Origin: an uncultured Lentimicrobiaceae bacterium
GTDB taxonomy: Bacteria > Bacteroidota > Bacteroidia > Bacteroidales > F082
Assembly (NCBI GenBank): GCA_964473395.1
Contig: CAYYOW010000001.1
Span: 10,237 to 74,236, forward strand
Length of the DNA: 64,000 nt
Reading direction: 5' to 3'
Every line of letters starts with the position of its first letter. Position 1 is the stretch's first letter. Below, in pieces: positions 28,159 through 37,649 of this stretch. The notes below the pieces were generated by a model. That model was not told the DNA's origin, made no database searches, and worked only from the letters and a program-made list of their open reading frames with translations. The position numbers and the translations under genes were made by a program.

Positions 28159-28221
28159 TTCCCAGCGAGCTTAAAAAATTTCGGCAAAAATAACCGCATT
28201 TTTAAAACAAAAAACTATTCT

Positions 28222-30633
28222 TTAAAAAATATCAGGAAATAACTGAGGGTCATACTGATGCATCATATCGTATGTAATTTCAAAGACATCCTCGGCATTG
28301 GGATTGGAGAAGTAATCGCCATCGGTACCGTAGGCAGCACGGTGGGCACGGGCAGTGATGGTGCGGGGTTTCATATCCAGAAAATAAAATCCACGTTGCT
28401 CATCCAGTACATTTTGCATCATATAGGAGGTAGCACCACCTGGAACATCCTCATCGAAAAAGATGATTTTGTTGGTTTTCTTTAGGGAATTAAGAATGAC
28501 ACCGTGAACATCGAAGGGGATGAGTGTTTGCACATCAATAAGTTCCACATCAATACCGAATTTCTCCAGTTGTTTGGATGCATCCTGAGCAATACGCACA
28601 TCGGAGCCGTAAGTCACCAAAGTAACATCCTTTCCTTTACGCAGAACTTCGGGAACGCCGGGAGCAATACGATATTCGCCGATGTTTGAAGGTCTTTTTT
28701 CACGTAAGCGATAGCCGTTGAGTGGTTCGATAATCAATACAGGCTGGTCTGAAGCAAGGTAAGTGTTGTAAAATCCTGCTGCCTGCGTCATGTTACGTGG
28801 AACGGCTACATGCATACCACGAATAGAGTTGATGACCATGCTCAACGGAGAACCTGCATGCCAGATGCCTTCGAGGCGATGACCGCGCGTACTGATAATC
28901 ATGGGAGCTTTTTGTCCGCCACAGGTGCGGTAATGCGTGGTGGCAATGTCGTCGCTCATCACCTGCAAACCGTAAAGGATATAATCGAAATACTGGATCT
29001 CGGCAATAGGGCGTAAACCACGCAACGCCATGCCCAGCCCCTGGCCTATAATGCTGGCCTCCCGAATTCCGGTATCGAAAATCCGGTTCTCACCATACTT
29101 TTTCTGTAAACCTTCATAAGTTTGGTTGACACCACCGATCTTTCCTACATCTTCACCAAAAGCCACCACCAACGGGTTATGCTCAAAAATATAATCGAAA
29201 TTATCACGTAGAATTTCCCTTCCGGGAACATACTTCTCCTCGTCAAACAGCGGGGCAACGGGCTTGATGTTCTCCGGCGCCCACTCCGACTCACTGTACA
29301 GATGCGAGCTATAGCGTTTACGGCTGTCAGCGAGTTCTTTCACCAGCCATTCGCGAATAATTGATTTAAGCTGCTTGTTTTCCACCTTACAATCACACAG
29401 ATACCGGATGGTTTGCCGGGCGGCACTGTAAATATCTTTCCTGATAGGTTCGCCCACACGTTTCAACTCATTACGAATGGCTTCAAGAGTCTGTTTTTTG
29501 GGGCATGAGCAGTCGTTATCCATCAGCTTCAGCAGTTCATCCCTTTTTTGTTTCAACGGTTGGCTGTAATTTTTCCAGGCTTTTTTTCTGGCTTCTTTGG
29601 CACGGATTCGGGCTTGATTTTCAATAGCATCCAATACCTCAGCGGTGCCGATATTGTTCTCCAAAATCCATTGCCGCATTCGCAAAATACCATCTCTGCC
29701 TTGCTCTTCTTTAAGCTGTTGCGAAGTTTTGTAGCGTTCGTGCGAGCCAGAAGTAGAATGTCCCTGAGGCTGTGTACATCCCGTGATATGAAACAGTACC
29801 GGTACCTGCTCTTTCCGGCACATGGCAACCCCTTTCCGATAGGTTTCCACAAGCTCTGGGTAGTCGAAACAGGGAGCCTTAAAAATCATCAGCCCGTTGG
29901 TGTTTTTTTTCTTTTGAAAGCCGGAAAGGAGTTCCGAAATATTTCCTTTGGTAGTTTGCAATTTGGTGGGCACCGAAATACCCCACTGGTCGTCCCACAC
30001 AGATAGAGCCATTGGCACCTGTAATACGCCGGCAGCATTGATTACCTCAAAAAAGTGGCCTTCCGTAGTAGAGGCATCGCCAATGGTTCCAAAAGCCACT
30101 TCCCTGCCTTTCCTGCTGAATTTGGTTTGTTTTTGAAAAGATTTTTCATTTTTAAATAGCTTTGAAGCCAATGCAAGCCCCAGAAGTCGCGGCATCTGGC
30201 TGGCAGTGGGAGAGGAGTCAGGGGCACTGTTTTTTTGTTTTGTCAGGTCTTTCCATTCCCCCTTTTCGTCAAGGCTGCGACTGGCAAAATGATTGTTCAT
30301 AAGTCTGCCTCCGTTGGCAGGATTGGCTTTGAGGTCAGTATCGCCATAAAGCTGGGCAAAAAATTCTTCCAGCGTCATCATGCCGGTAGCAAACATAAAA
30401 GTTTGGTCGCGGTAGTATCCCGAACGCCAGTCACCCGCTTCGAACACTTTTGCCATAGCAAGTTGCGGAATCTCTTTCCCGTCACCAAAAATGCCGAATT
30501 TGGCTTTTCCTGTCAGCACTTCACGCCTTCCGAGTAAGCTTACCTGCCGGCTTTCGTTGGCTATGCGATAATCATTTAAAATTTCTTCTTGTGATAAATT
30601 AAGGGAGGGATAACGAATATGGGATTCCTTCAT
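28222..30633 (-). CDS. 2-oxoacid dehydrogenase E1 alpha/beta fusion (TPP-dependent)
   Basis: TIGDASTTEG..WDD TPP motif, GHSTSGSHERY, FGEDVG, RIFDTGIRE, PIAEIQYFDY. Confidence 0.93.
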   Translation of the reverse strand: MKESHIRYPSLNLSQEEILNDYRIANESRQVSLLGRREVLTGKAKFGIFGDGKEIPQLAMAKVFEAGDWRSGYYRDQTFMFATGMMTLEEFFAQLYGDTDLKANPANGGRLMNNHFASRSLDEKGEWKDLTKQKNSAPDSSPTASQMPRLLGLALASKLFKNEKSFQKQTKFSRKGREVAFGTIGDASTTEGHFFEVINAAGVLQVPMALSVWDDQWGISVPTKLQTTKGNISELLSGFQKKKNTNGLMIFKAPCFDYPELVETYRKGVAMCRKEQVPVLFHITGCTQPQGHSTSGSHERYKTSQQLKEEQGRDGILRMRQWILENNIGTAEVLDAIENQARIRAKEARKKAWKNYSQPLKQKRDELLKLMDNDCSCPKKQTLEAIRNELKRVGEPIRKDIYSAARQTIRYLCDCKVENKQLKSIIREWLVKELADSRKRYSSHLYSESEWAPENIKPVAPLFDEEKYVPGREILRDNFDYIFEHNPLVVAFGEDVGKIGGVNQTYEGLQKKYGENRIFDTGIREASIIGQGLGMALRGLRPIAEIQYFDYILYGLQVMSDDIATTHYRTCGGQKAPMIISTRGHRLEGIWHAGSPLSMVINSIRGMHVAVPRNMTQAAGFYNTYLASDQPVLIIEPLNGYRLREKRPSNIGEYRIAPGVPEVLRKGKDVTLVTYGSDVRIAQDASKQLEKFGIDVELIDVQTLIPFDVHGVILNSLKKTNKIIFFDEDVPGGATSYMMQNVLDEQRGFYFLDMKPRTITARAHRAAYGTDGDYFSNPNAEDVFEITYDMMHQYDPQLFPDIF

Positions 30634-30823
30634 TTGATGTCTGTTTTGCCATGCAAAGATACAAATTAAAACGATTCTAAATTAGACTTGGATACCTTTA
30701 TTTACATGCGAATCATCTTTTTAGCGTTGATGTGCTACTATTATCTCTTCTTAAAGATGTCTATATAAAAACAATATTAACTGATTTTCAGATTTTTCAT
30801 ACTTTTGGAAAAACAATGAAGCT

Positions 30824-31645
30824 ATGGAAGCAAAACATGATTATCTCAATGAGCACGGTAAGCTGAGAGACCGTGTTTACGAGGCAAAGCTGAAAGAGTT
30901 GCAGATAGAACTTGTCAAATTACAGGAGTGGGTTAAAGCCAAAGGTAAAAAGGTCGTTGTGATTTTTGAAGGGCGCGATGCTGCCGGTAAAGGAGGCGTT
31001 ATAAAACGGATTACCGAACGGTTAAATCCGCGTGTTGCAAGAGTGGTGGCGCTGGGCGTTCCTACCGAAAAGGAAAAGACGCAATGGTATTTTCAGCGCT
31101 ATGTGCCCCATTTGCCTGCTGCCGGCGAAATAGTTTTGTTTGATCGTTCGTGGTACAACCGTGCCGGCGTGGAACGGGTAATGGGTTTTTGCACGGAAGA
31201 TGAATACTGGGATTTTCTGAGAGCCTGCCCAAATTTTGAAAAAATGCTTATTCGTGCGGGAACATCAATTATAAAGTATTGGTTCTCGGTGAGTGAGGAA
31301 GAACAGGAAAAACGTTTCCAGGCGCGGCTGGAGGATCCGACCAAACGGTGGAAACTCAGCCCTATGGATATTAAATCACGTGGATTATGGGTGGAATATT
31401 CCCGTGCAAAAGATGAAATGTTCTCTTACACCGATACTAAAATCTCTCCATGGTACGTGGTCAACGCCGACGATAAAAAGCGAGCACGGATCAATACCAT
31501 TCATCATCTGCTCAGCTTAATTCCTTATGAAGACCTCACACCGGCTTCCATAAAACTTCCTCTGCGCAAGAAAGAAAAAGGCTATGTGCGTCCTCCTATG
31601 CAGGAGCAGACCTTTGTTCCGGATATTTATGAAGGCAAAATTTGA
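30824..31645 (+). CDS. ppk2: polyphosphate kinase 2
   Basis: FEGRDAAGKGG, LFDRSWYNRAGVERVMGFC, WKLSPMD. Confidence 0.96.
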   Translation: MEAKHDYLNEHGKLRDRVYEAKLKELQIELVKLQEWVKAKGKKVVVIFEGRDAAGKGGVIKRITERLNPRVARVVALGVPTEKEKTQWYFQRYVPHLPAAGEIVLFDRSWYNRAGVERVMGFCTEDEYWDFLRACPNFEKMLIRAGTSIIKYWFSVSEEEQEKRFQARLEDPTKRWKLSPMDIKSRGLWVEYSRAKDEMFSYTDTKISPWYVVNADDKKRARINTIHHLLSLIPYEDLTPASIKLPLRKKEKGYVRPPMQEQTFVPDIYEGKI

Positions 31646-31741
31646 ACTAAGGACTTTCCTTTAAAATGCTATATCTCACAAACAAAAATCAAAATTACAG
31701 ACTGACTTCCAAAAAAAAAACAAAGAAAAAAAATCTTTTTA

Positions 31742-31771
31742 TTTGTTTTATAAAAAAAACGAATATATTTG
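31742..31771 (+). promoter_or_regulatory. -33/-7 promoter of the arg leader and operon
   Basis: TTTG (31742) and TATATTTG (31764-31771), preceded by A-tracts. Confidence 0.7.
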
Positions 31772-31781
31772 TCCCCACAAA

Positions 31782-31892
31782 ATGAAACAAAATAATACAT
31801 ATCCGTTTTCCCATGAACAGCATCCCGTTGTAACGGAAGTATTATACGTTTTTGTTTCCTACAGGAACACCAGGCCCCCCTTCGGGGTATAA
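31782..31892 (+). CDS. putative arg operon leader peptide (36 aa) MKQNNTYPFSHEQHPVVTEVLYVFVSYRNTRPPFGV
   Basis: ATG 10 nt after the -7 box in an A-rich context; the only two Arg codons (AGG) lie near the C-terminus; too short for the ORF track. Confidence 0.55.
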   Translation: MKQNNTYPFSHEQHPVVTEVLYVFVSYRNTRPPFGV

Positions 31893-31925
31893 TATTTTTG
31901 CGGAGTTCCGTACTCTGCCTTTTTT
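31853..31925 (+). promoter_or_regulatory. putative attenuator (protector / antiterminator / terminator)
   Basis: Terminator GCGGAGT-TCCGT-ACTCTGC + C + T6 (31900-31925); alternative pairing of TAC(A)GGAAC(A)CC with GG(A)GTTCCGTA; cUUCGg hairpin at 31878-31887. Confidence 0.55.
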
Positions 31926-31969
31926 CGGTTTTACCATTTTTAATTTATTTATCAAAGTTAAGTTTTATT

Positions 31970-32635
31970 ATGCAAGTTGCTATTAATGTGGCTGATAGCA
32001 GTCATGAAAAATACGCACAGGCGGTTTGTGATATGATTGAAGAAGCTGCCAAACTAAGGGGCACAGGGATCGCCAAAAGAAAGTCTGAATATATCCGGAA
32101 AAAGATCCGGAAGGGAAACGCTGTGATAGCCCTGTCGGGTGAAAAAGTAGTGGGCTTTTGTTACATCGAAAGTTGGGAAGGCCAGAAATTTGTAGCGAAT
32201 TCCGGGCTGATTGTTCATCCCGATTATCGTAAAACAGGTTTGGCCAGAAATATCAAATCAAAGATATTCGAGCTCTCCCGGAAAAAATTCCCTGAATCAA
32301 GAATCTTTGGCATCACTACCAGTCTGGCCGTGATGAAAATAAACTCAGGTCTGGGATACCAACCCGTTACGTTCTCGGAGCTCACCATGGATGAGACCTT
32401 CTGGAAAGGTTGCGAGAGCTGTACAAACTACGATATCCTGTTGAGAACAAGCCGGAAAATGTGTTTATGTACTGGCATGGTGTGCGATCCAGCAAAACAT
32501 AACGGGGTCACTGACAAAAAAGAAAAAACATCCGGTTCGTGGAAGCAGTTTAAAAAATTCCTCAAAACACGGAGTGAGCATTTCCCAATCAAAAATTCAT
32601 TATACCCGAAAATCAGTAAAATATTACACAAATGA
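31970..32635 (+). CDS. argA: GNAT N-acetyltransferase, Bacteroidota-type N-acetylglutamate synthase (probable start ATG 31970)
   Basis: AKLRGTGIAKR, VGFCYIESW, FVANSGLIVHPDYR, FWKGCESC..CLCTGM; first gene of the arg operon. Confidence 0.8.
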   Translation: MQVAINVADSSHEKYAQAVCDMIEEAAKLRGTGIAKRKSEYIRKKIRKGNAVIALSGEKVVGFCYIESWEGQKFVANSGLIVHPDYRKTGLARNIKSKIFELSRKKFPESRIFGITTSLAVMKINSGLGYQPVTFSELTMDETFWKGCESCTNYDILLRTSRKMCLCTGMVCDPAKHNGVTDKKEKTSGSWKQFKKFLKTRSEHFPIKNSLYPKISKILHK

Positions 32636-33825
32636 AAAACAAAAAAGTATTATTGGCATTTAGTGGCGGTTTGGACACCTCTTATTGTGTCAAATATTTC
32701 ATACATGAAAAAGGGCTGGAGGTGCATACAGCCGTTGTAAATACCGGTGGCTTTTCAAAAGATGAACTCCGGAAAATTGAGAAACAGGCTTACCAATTGG
32801 GCGCCAAAGCTCATAAAACTATTGATGGCAGCCATGACTTTTATGAGCATATTATAAAATATCTCATTTTTGGTAATGTACTTAAAAACAACACTTACCC
32901 ACTGTCGGTGAGCGCTGAACGGATTTTTCAGGCCAAAGCACTGGCCGAATATGCCAAAGCCATAGGCGCCTCATACATCGCCCATGGGAGTACCGGTGCA
33001 GGTAATGACCAAATACGTTTTGATCTGGTTTTCCAACTAGTGGCACCTGAGCTGGAAATATTGACACCGGTAAGAGATCAAATCCTGAGTCGTCGCGAAG
33101 AGATTGATTATCTGTCCAAATATGGTATAAAAACAGATTGGGAGAAGTCGAAATACTCCATTAACAAAGGACTGTGGGGAACAAGCATCGGCGGTAAAGA
33201 AACCCTTACTGCCAGCGAACCGTTACCGGAAGAAGCTTTTCCCTCCAAAGCAACAAAAACAGAATCCGAAGTTTTGACAATTGGCTTTGAAAAAGGAGAG
33301 ATTATCTCTGTAAATGGTGTAAAAACCAAACCGGTAAAGGCAATTCAACAAATTGAAGCTGAGGCATCTAAATATGCTATTGGTCGGGATATGCACACAG
33401 GGGATACCATTATCGGAATAAAAGGAAGAATAGGTTTTGAAGCCGCTGCGGCTGCCATCATCATCAAAGCTCACCATACGCTGGAAAAACACACCCTGAG
33501 CAAATGGCAACTTCACTGGAAAGAACAACTGTCCAACTGGTATGGCATGTTTATCCATGAAGCACAATATTTTGAACCCGTCATGCGAAATATTGAAAAC
33601 TTTCTTGCTGATACACAGCAATTTGTTTCCGGAGAAGTCTCTGTAGCCCTGCATCCTTATCGTTTTGAGATACTGGGAATTCAATCTGATCACGATTTGA
33701 TGAAATCGGATTTCGGCGACTATGGAGAAATAAACAAAGCCTGGACTGGTGATGACGTAAAAGGGTTTGTTAAGATCATGGCGAACTCCATGAAAATTTT
33801 TCAAAATGTAAACGGAAAACTATGA
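32632..33825 (+). CDS. argG: argininosuccinate synthase
   Basis: LLAFSGGLDTS, AHGSTGAGNDQIRF, GIKGRIGFEA. Confidence 0.96.
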   Translation: MKNKKVLLAFSGGLDTSYCVKYFIHEKGLEVHTAVVNTGGFSKDELRKIEKQAYQLGAKAHKTIDGSHDFYEHIIKYLIFGNVLKNNTYPLSVSAERIFQAKALAEYAKAIGASYIAHGSTGAGNDQIRFDLVFQLVAPELEILTPVRDQILSRREEIDYLSKYGIKTDWEKSKYSINKGLWGTSIGGKETLTASEPLPEEAFPSKATKTESEVLTIGFEKGEIISVNGVKTKPVKAIQQIEAEASKYAIGRDMHTGDTIIGIKGRIGFEAAAAAIIIKAHHTLEKHTLSKWQLHWKEQLSNWYGMFIHEAQYFEPVMRNIENFLADTQQFVSGEVSVALHPYRFEILGIQSDHDLMKSDFGDYGEINKAWTGDDVKGFVKIMANSMKIFQNVNGKL

Positions 33826-34799
33826 TACAGGTAGGAATTATAGGTGGAACTGGTTATGTGGCAGGAGAGTTGATCCGGATCTTAATGTATCATCCGGAAG
33901 TAAACCTACAATTTGTTCACAGTCATTCTCATGCAGGTGAAGAAATTCACAGCATACACAAAGACTTGTTCATGCTTGAAGATCAAAAGTTTTCAGCAGA
34001 GGTGGATACGGATGTGGATGTGGTTTTTCTTAGTCTGGGACATGGTAATTCCACGAAATTTCTTCTTGAACATTCCTTTTCCGATACAACCAAAATCATT
34101 GACCTGAGTAACGATTTCCGGCTAAAAGGAGATAACCATCAGGGAAGAAGAATGTTCACCTACGGGCTGGTGGAAAAGAATAGAGAAACTATTATTTCCT
34201 CTGGAAACATTGCAAACCCAGGATGTTTTGCCACGGCCATCCAACTGGGGTTGTTGCCACTGGCGCACCAAAAGATCCTACATGGAGATATTCATGTCCA
34301 TGGAATTACAGGATCCACAGGGGCAGGGCGAACACTTTCGGAAACCTCACATTTTAGCTGGCGAAACAATAATGTTTCTGTTTATAAACCGTTTGTTCAC
34401 CAGCACCTTGATGAAATTAAGGAGACGCTAATCAATTGTCAGCCGGAATTTAATCGGGAGCTGAATTTCATTCCCCTCCGTGGTGACTTTACAAGAGGTA
34501 TTCTGGCGACAATTTACACCGAATGTGATTTGTCAGAACAGGCGTTGATACAATTATATAAAGATTTTTACAAAGATAAAATGTTTACCGTAGTCAGCGA
34601 TTTGCCTATCCATCTGAAACAGGTGATCAACACCAACTATTGTCTGCTTCATGTGGAAAAGCACGGAAACAAAGCGTTTATTGTCTCTGCAATTGACAAT
34701 TTACTGAAAGGCGCTGCCGGACAGGCTGTAGAGAATATGAATCTGATGTTCGGTTTTGCAGAAAATGAAGGATTAAAATTAAAACCAGGCTATTTTTAA
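33822..34799 (+). CDS. argC: N-acetyl-gamma-glutamyl-phosphate reductase
   Basis: IIGGTGYVAGEL, IDLSNDFRL, IANPGCFAT, IDNLLKGAAGQAVENMN. Confidence 0.96.
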   Translation: MIQVGIIGGTGYVAGELIRILMYHPEVNLQFVHSHSHAGEEIHSIHKDLFMLEDQKFSAEVDTDVDVVFLSLGHGNSTKFLLEHSFSDTTKIIDLSNDFRLKGDNHQGRRMFTYGLVEKNRETIISSGNIANPGCFATAIQLGLLPLAHQKILHGDIHVHGITGSTGAGRTLSETSHFSWRNNNVSVYKPFVHQHLDEIKETLINCQPEFNRELNFIPLRGDFTRGILATIYTECDLSEQALIQLYKDFYKDKMFTVVSDLPIHLKQVINTNYCLLHVEKHGNKAFIVSAIDNLLKGAAGQAVENMNLMFGFAENEGLKLKPGYF

Positions 34800-34810
34800 A
34801 AGAAGATAAA

Positions 34811-35623
34811 ATGAAGAAAACAAAAATTGCCATTATCGGCACAGGAAATCTGGGATTATCCATACTAAAAGGGCTGTTGGCATCTCCACTGAAAGATGAA
34901 ATCCAAATCATTGCGACCAAAAGAAAACTTCCTGACACTCCTTTGGTGGAAAGTGAACAGGTATATTTTACCACTGATAATGTATTAGCGGTAGAAAGTT
35001 CTGATGTGATTATTTTTTCGGTGCAGCCCGGCCAGTTCCAAATAGTTATTGAGCAGGTAAGACATTTATTGAAAAGTAAAGTACTTATCTCTACTATAAC
35101 AGGGTTGACACTTGAGGTACTGGAACAGGCCATGGGACAGGATTGTACAATCGTTCGTTCCATGCCAAACACAGCCATTGCCGTAAGCCAGGCAATGACA
35201 TGTTTAAGTTATAATGGCGACAAAAAAAGTATCGAGACAGCAGAGACCATTTTTAACACACTGGGAAAGACACTTATTATTGATGATCAGTTAATGCAGG
35301 CAGCCACCGTGCTGGGGGCCAGCGGTATAGCTTTCTGGCTACGGTTGATTCGCGCCACAACACAGGGAGGTATTCAGCTTGGTTTTGATGCCGATGAAGC
35401 CAAAGCAATTGCCGTTCAAACCTGTTTGGGTGCCGCCAGTATCCTGGCCAATAATACCCATGCCCATCCTGAAAGCGAAATAGATAAAGTAACCACCCCG
35501 AAAGGCTGTACCATCCGGGGGCTGAATGAAATGGAGTACAGGGGATTGAGTTCGGCATTAATCCGCGGGCTGACCTCTTCGTACGAAATGATTTCGCACA
35601 TAAAAGAGAATATAGAATCTTAG
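34811..35623 (+). CDS. proC: pyrroline-5-carboxylate reductase
   Basis: IIGTGNLG, VRSMPNT, IDKVTTPKGCTIRGL. Confidence 0.93.
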   Translation: MKKTKIAIIGTGNLGLSILKGLLASPLKDEIQIIATKRKLPDTPLVESEQVYFTTDNVLAVESSDVIIFSVQPGQFQIVIEQVRHLLKSKVLISTITGLTLEVLEQAMGQDCTIVRSMPNTAIAVSQAMTCLSYNGDKKSIETAETIFNTLGKTLIIDDQLMQAATVLGASGIAFWLRLIRATTQGGIQLGFDADEAKAIAVQTCLGAASILANNTHAHPESEIDKVTTPKGCTIRGLNEMEYRGLSSALIRGLTSSYEMISHIKENIES

Positions 35624-35693
35624 ACACCTTAATTTCAAATGTTTAACCAGACAGATAGATAGGCTGCCTGTAAAAAAGATAAAAAGTAATCAA

Positions 35694-36848
35694 ATGAGAC
35701 TATTCGATGTATATCCCCGTTTTGATGTGGAAATAGAAAAAGCCGATGGTGTTTTCCTGTGGGATAAGCAGAACCGGAAATACCTTGACCTTTACGGTGG
35801 CCATGGCGTCATTTCCATTGGCCATACCCATCCTGTTTATACAAATATGCTCAAAGAGCAACTGGATAAAATGGCCTATTACTCCAATTCTGTTTACCTA
35901 CCTGTTCAGGAAAGATTTGCTGAAAAGTTGACTGAATTTTCCGGTTACCCTGATTATTCATTGTTTTTGTGCAATTCGGGAGCCGAGGCCAACGAAAACG
36001 CTCTGAAACTGGCATCGTTTCACACCGGGAAAAAAAACGTTATCGCTTTTAAAGGAAGTTTTCACGGAAGAACTTCCGCCGCTCTTGCCGTTACCGACAA
36101 CCCGAAAATTTCGGCACCCATCAACCGCGATGGTTTCCATGTCTTTTTTTTAGATCTAGACCGCTTAGAGCAATTCAATCAAGCTGTTAAAGGCAACAAT
36201 ATTTGTGCTGTTATTGTGGAAGGTATCCAAGGCGTTGGCGGGCTTGATGCTCCATCGGAATCCTTTTTAAAGCAGATTTCCAAAATTTGCCGACAAAAGG
36301 GAATTCTGCTGATACTCGATGAAATTCAGAGTGGTTACGGCAGAACAGGAAAGTTCTTTGCTCATCAGTATGCCGGTATTAAGCCTGATATTATCACCAT
36401 GGCTAAAGGGATGGGAAACGGTTTTCCAATGGGGGGGTTACTCATTCATCCAGAAATCAAGCCCTGGCACGGGATGCTGGGAACCACATTCGGCGGAAAT
36501 CCATTGGCTTGTGCTGCCGGGTTGGCTGTGCTGGAGGTAATGGAGCAGGAGAATCTCCTGGAAAATATTTCAGAAATCAATCGCTACCTGATAGATGAGC
36601 TGAAGGAGATCCCGGAAGTGAAACAAATAAAAGGAAAGGGACTAATGCTGGGTGTGGCGTTTGATTTCCCTATCCGGGAGATGAGAAAAGAACTACTTTA
36701 CAAACATCAAATTCTAACGGGTTCATCGTCCAATCCTAACCTGCTCCGAATATTGCCACCACTGAACATCACACGGAAACAGTTATCGGCATTTCCGGTA
36801 GCTCTTAAAAATGTATTGTTCCAGTTAACAGAAAGTAAACAGAAATAA
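35694..36848 (+). CDS. argD: acetylornithine aminotransferase
   Basis: CNSGAEANE, SFHGRT, ILDEIQSGYGRTG, PDIITMAKGMGNG, TTFGGNPL. Confidence 0.93.
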   Translation: MRLFDVYPRFDVEIEKADGVFLWDKQNRKYLDLYGGHGVISIGHTHPVYTNMLKEQLDKMAYYSNSVYLPVQERFAEKLTEFSGYPDYSLFLCNSGAEANENALKLASFHTGKKNVIAFKGSFHGRTSAALAVTDNPKISAPINRDGFHVFFLDLDRLEQFNQAVKGNNICAVIVEGIQGVGGLDAPSESFLKQISKICRQKGILLILDEIQSGYGRTGKFFAHQYAGIKPDIITMAKGMGNGFPMGGLLIHPEIKPWHGMLGTTFGGNPLACAAGLAVLEVMEQENLLENISEINRYLIDELKEIPEVKQIKGKGLMLGVAFDFPIREMRKELLYKHQILTGSSSNPNLLRILPPLNITRKQLSAFPVALKNVLFQLTESKQK

Positions 36849-36857
36849 GCCAAAGTC

Positions 36858-37649
36858 ATGAAAAGAACGTTGAAAGTCGTAAAAATAGGGGGGAAGCTCA
36901 TTGATGATGAAACTCGTCTGGAGAAATTTTTAGCGGCATTTGCACGGCTAAAAGGGAACAAAATCCTTATTCACGGTGGGGGGTCAATGGCCAACCGGTT
37001 AAGTCTGAAGTTGGGAATTCATCCCCAAATGGTTGATGGCAGAAGAATTACAACAGCTGCTGATATTGAAATAGTTACCATGGTGTATGCAGGATGGATA
37101 AACAAACAAATCATTGCCCGGCTGCAACAACACGGCTGTAATGCCATCGGTTTGTCGGGAGCTGATGCCAATACCATCGTTGCTCGCAAACGGCCGGTTG
37201 AGAAAATTGATTACGGATTTGTAGGTGATATAGAAAAGGTGAATATCAGCTTGATACAAACTTTGCTGTCAAATGGCCTCACTCCGGTATTCAGCGCCAT
37301 TACCCACAATGGGAACGGAAAACTCCTGAATACCAATTCCGATACCGTAGCAGCTGAAATTGCCATTGCTATGAGTGAATTGTATGAAACCAAACTGTTT
37401 TACTGCTTCGAAAAAAAAGGCGTTCTAAAAAACAGTGAAGACAACCTTTCAGTAATTCCGCTGTTGGATTTTGCCACGTACAGGCACGCAGCAGAAACTG
37501 GTTCTATTCACAACGGCATGCTGCCCAAACTCCATACCGGCTTTGCCGCACTTGAAAGAAAAGTTACGGAAGTCATCATAGGTGATGATACGATTCTGGA
37601 TGATAATACTAAGTTATTTACACGATTAATATTGCAAAATGAAAATTGA
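36858..37649 (+). CDS. argB: acetylglutamate kinase
   Basis: VVKIGG, LIHGGG, DGRRIT, DYGFVG, LLNTNSD, GMLPKL. Confidence 0.95.
   Translation: MKRTLKVVKIGGKLIDDETRLEKFLAAFARLKGNKILIHGGGSMANRLSLKLGIHPQMVDGRRITTAADIEIVTMVYAGWINKQIIARLQQHGCNAIGLSGADANTIVARKRPVEKIDYGFVGDIEKVNISLIQTLLSNGLTPVFSAITHNGNGKLLNTNSDTVAAEIAIAMSELYETKLFYCFEKKGVLKNSEDNLSVIPLLDFATYRHAAETGSIHNGMLPKLHTGFAALERKVTEVIIGDDTILDDNTKLFTRLILQNEN

Noticed and set aside
28159-28221. Fluoride riboswitch upstream of the DUF493-crcB genes
   Set aside because: No GATGG-type crcB aptamer core is visible; the region holds only a -7 box
31898-31969. MRSSVLCLFSVLP.. extension of the GNAT protein
   Set aside because: It coincides with the terminator hairpin; ATG 31970 has a typical A/T-rich initiation context
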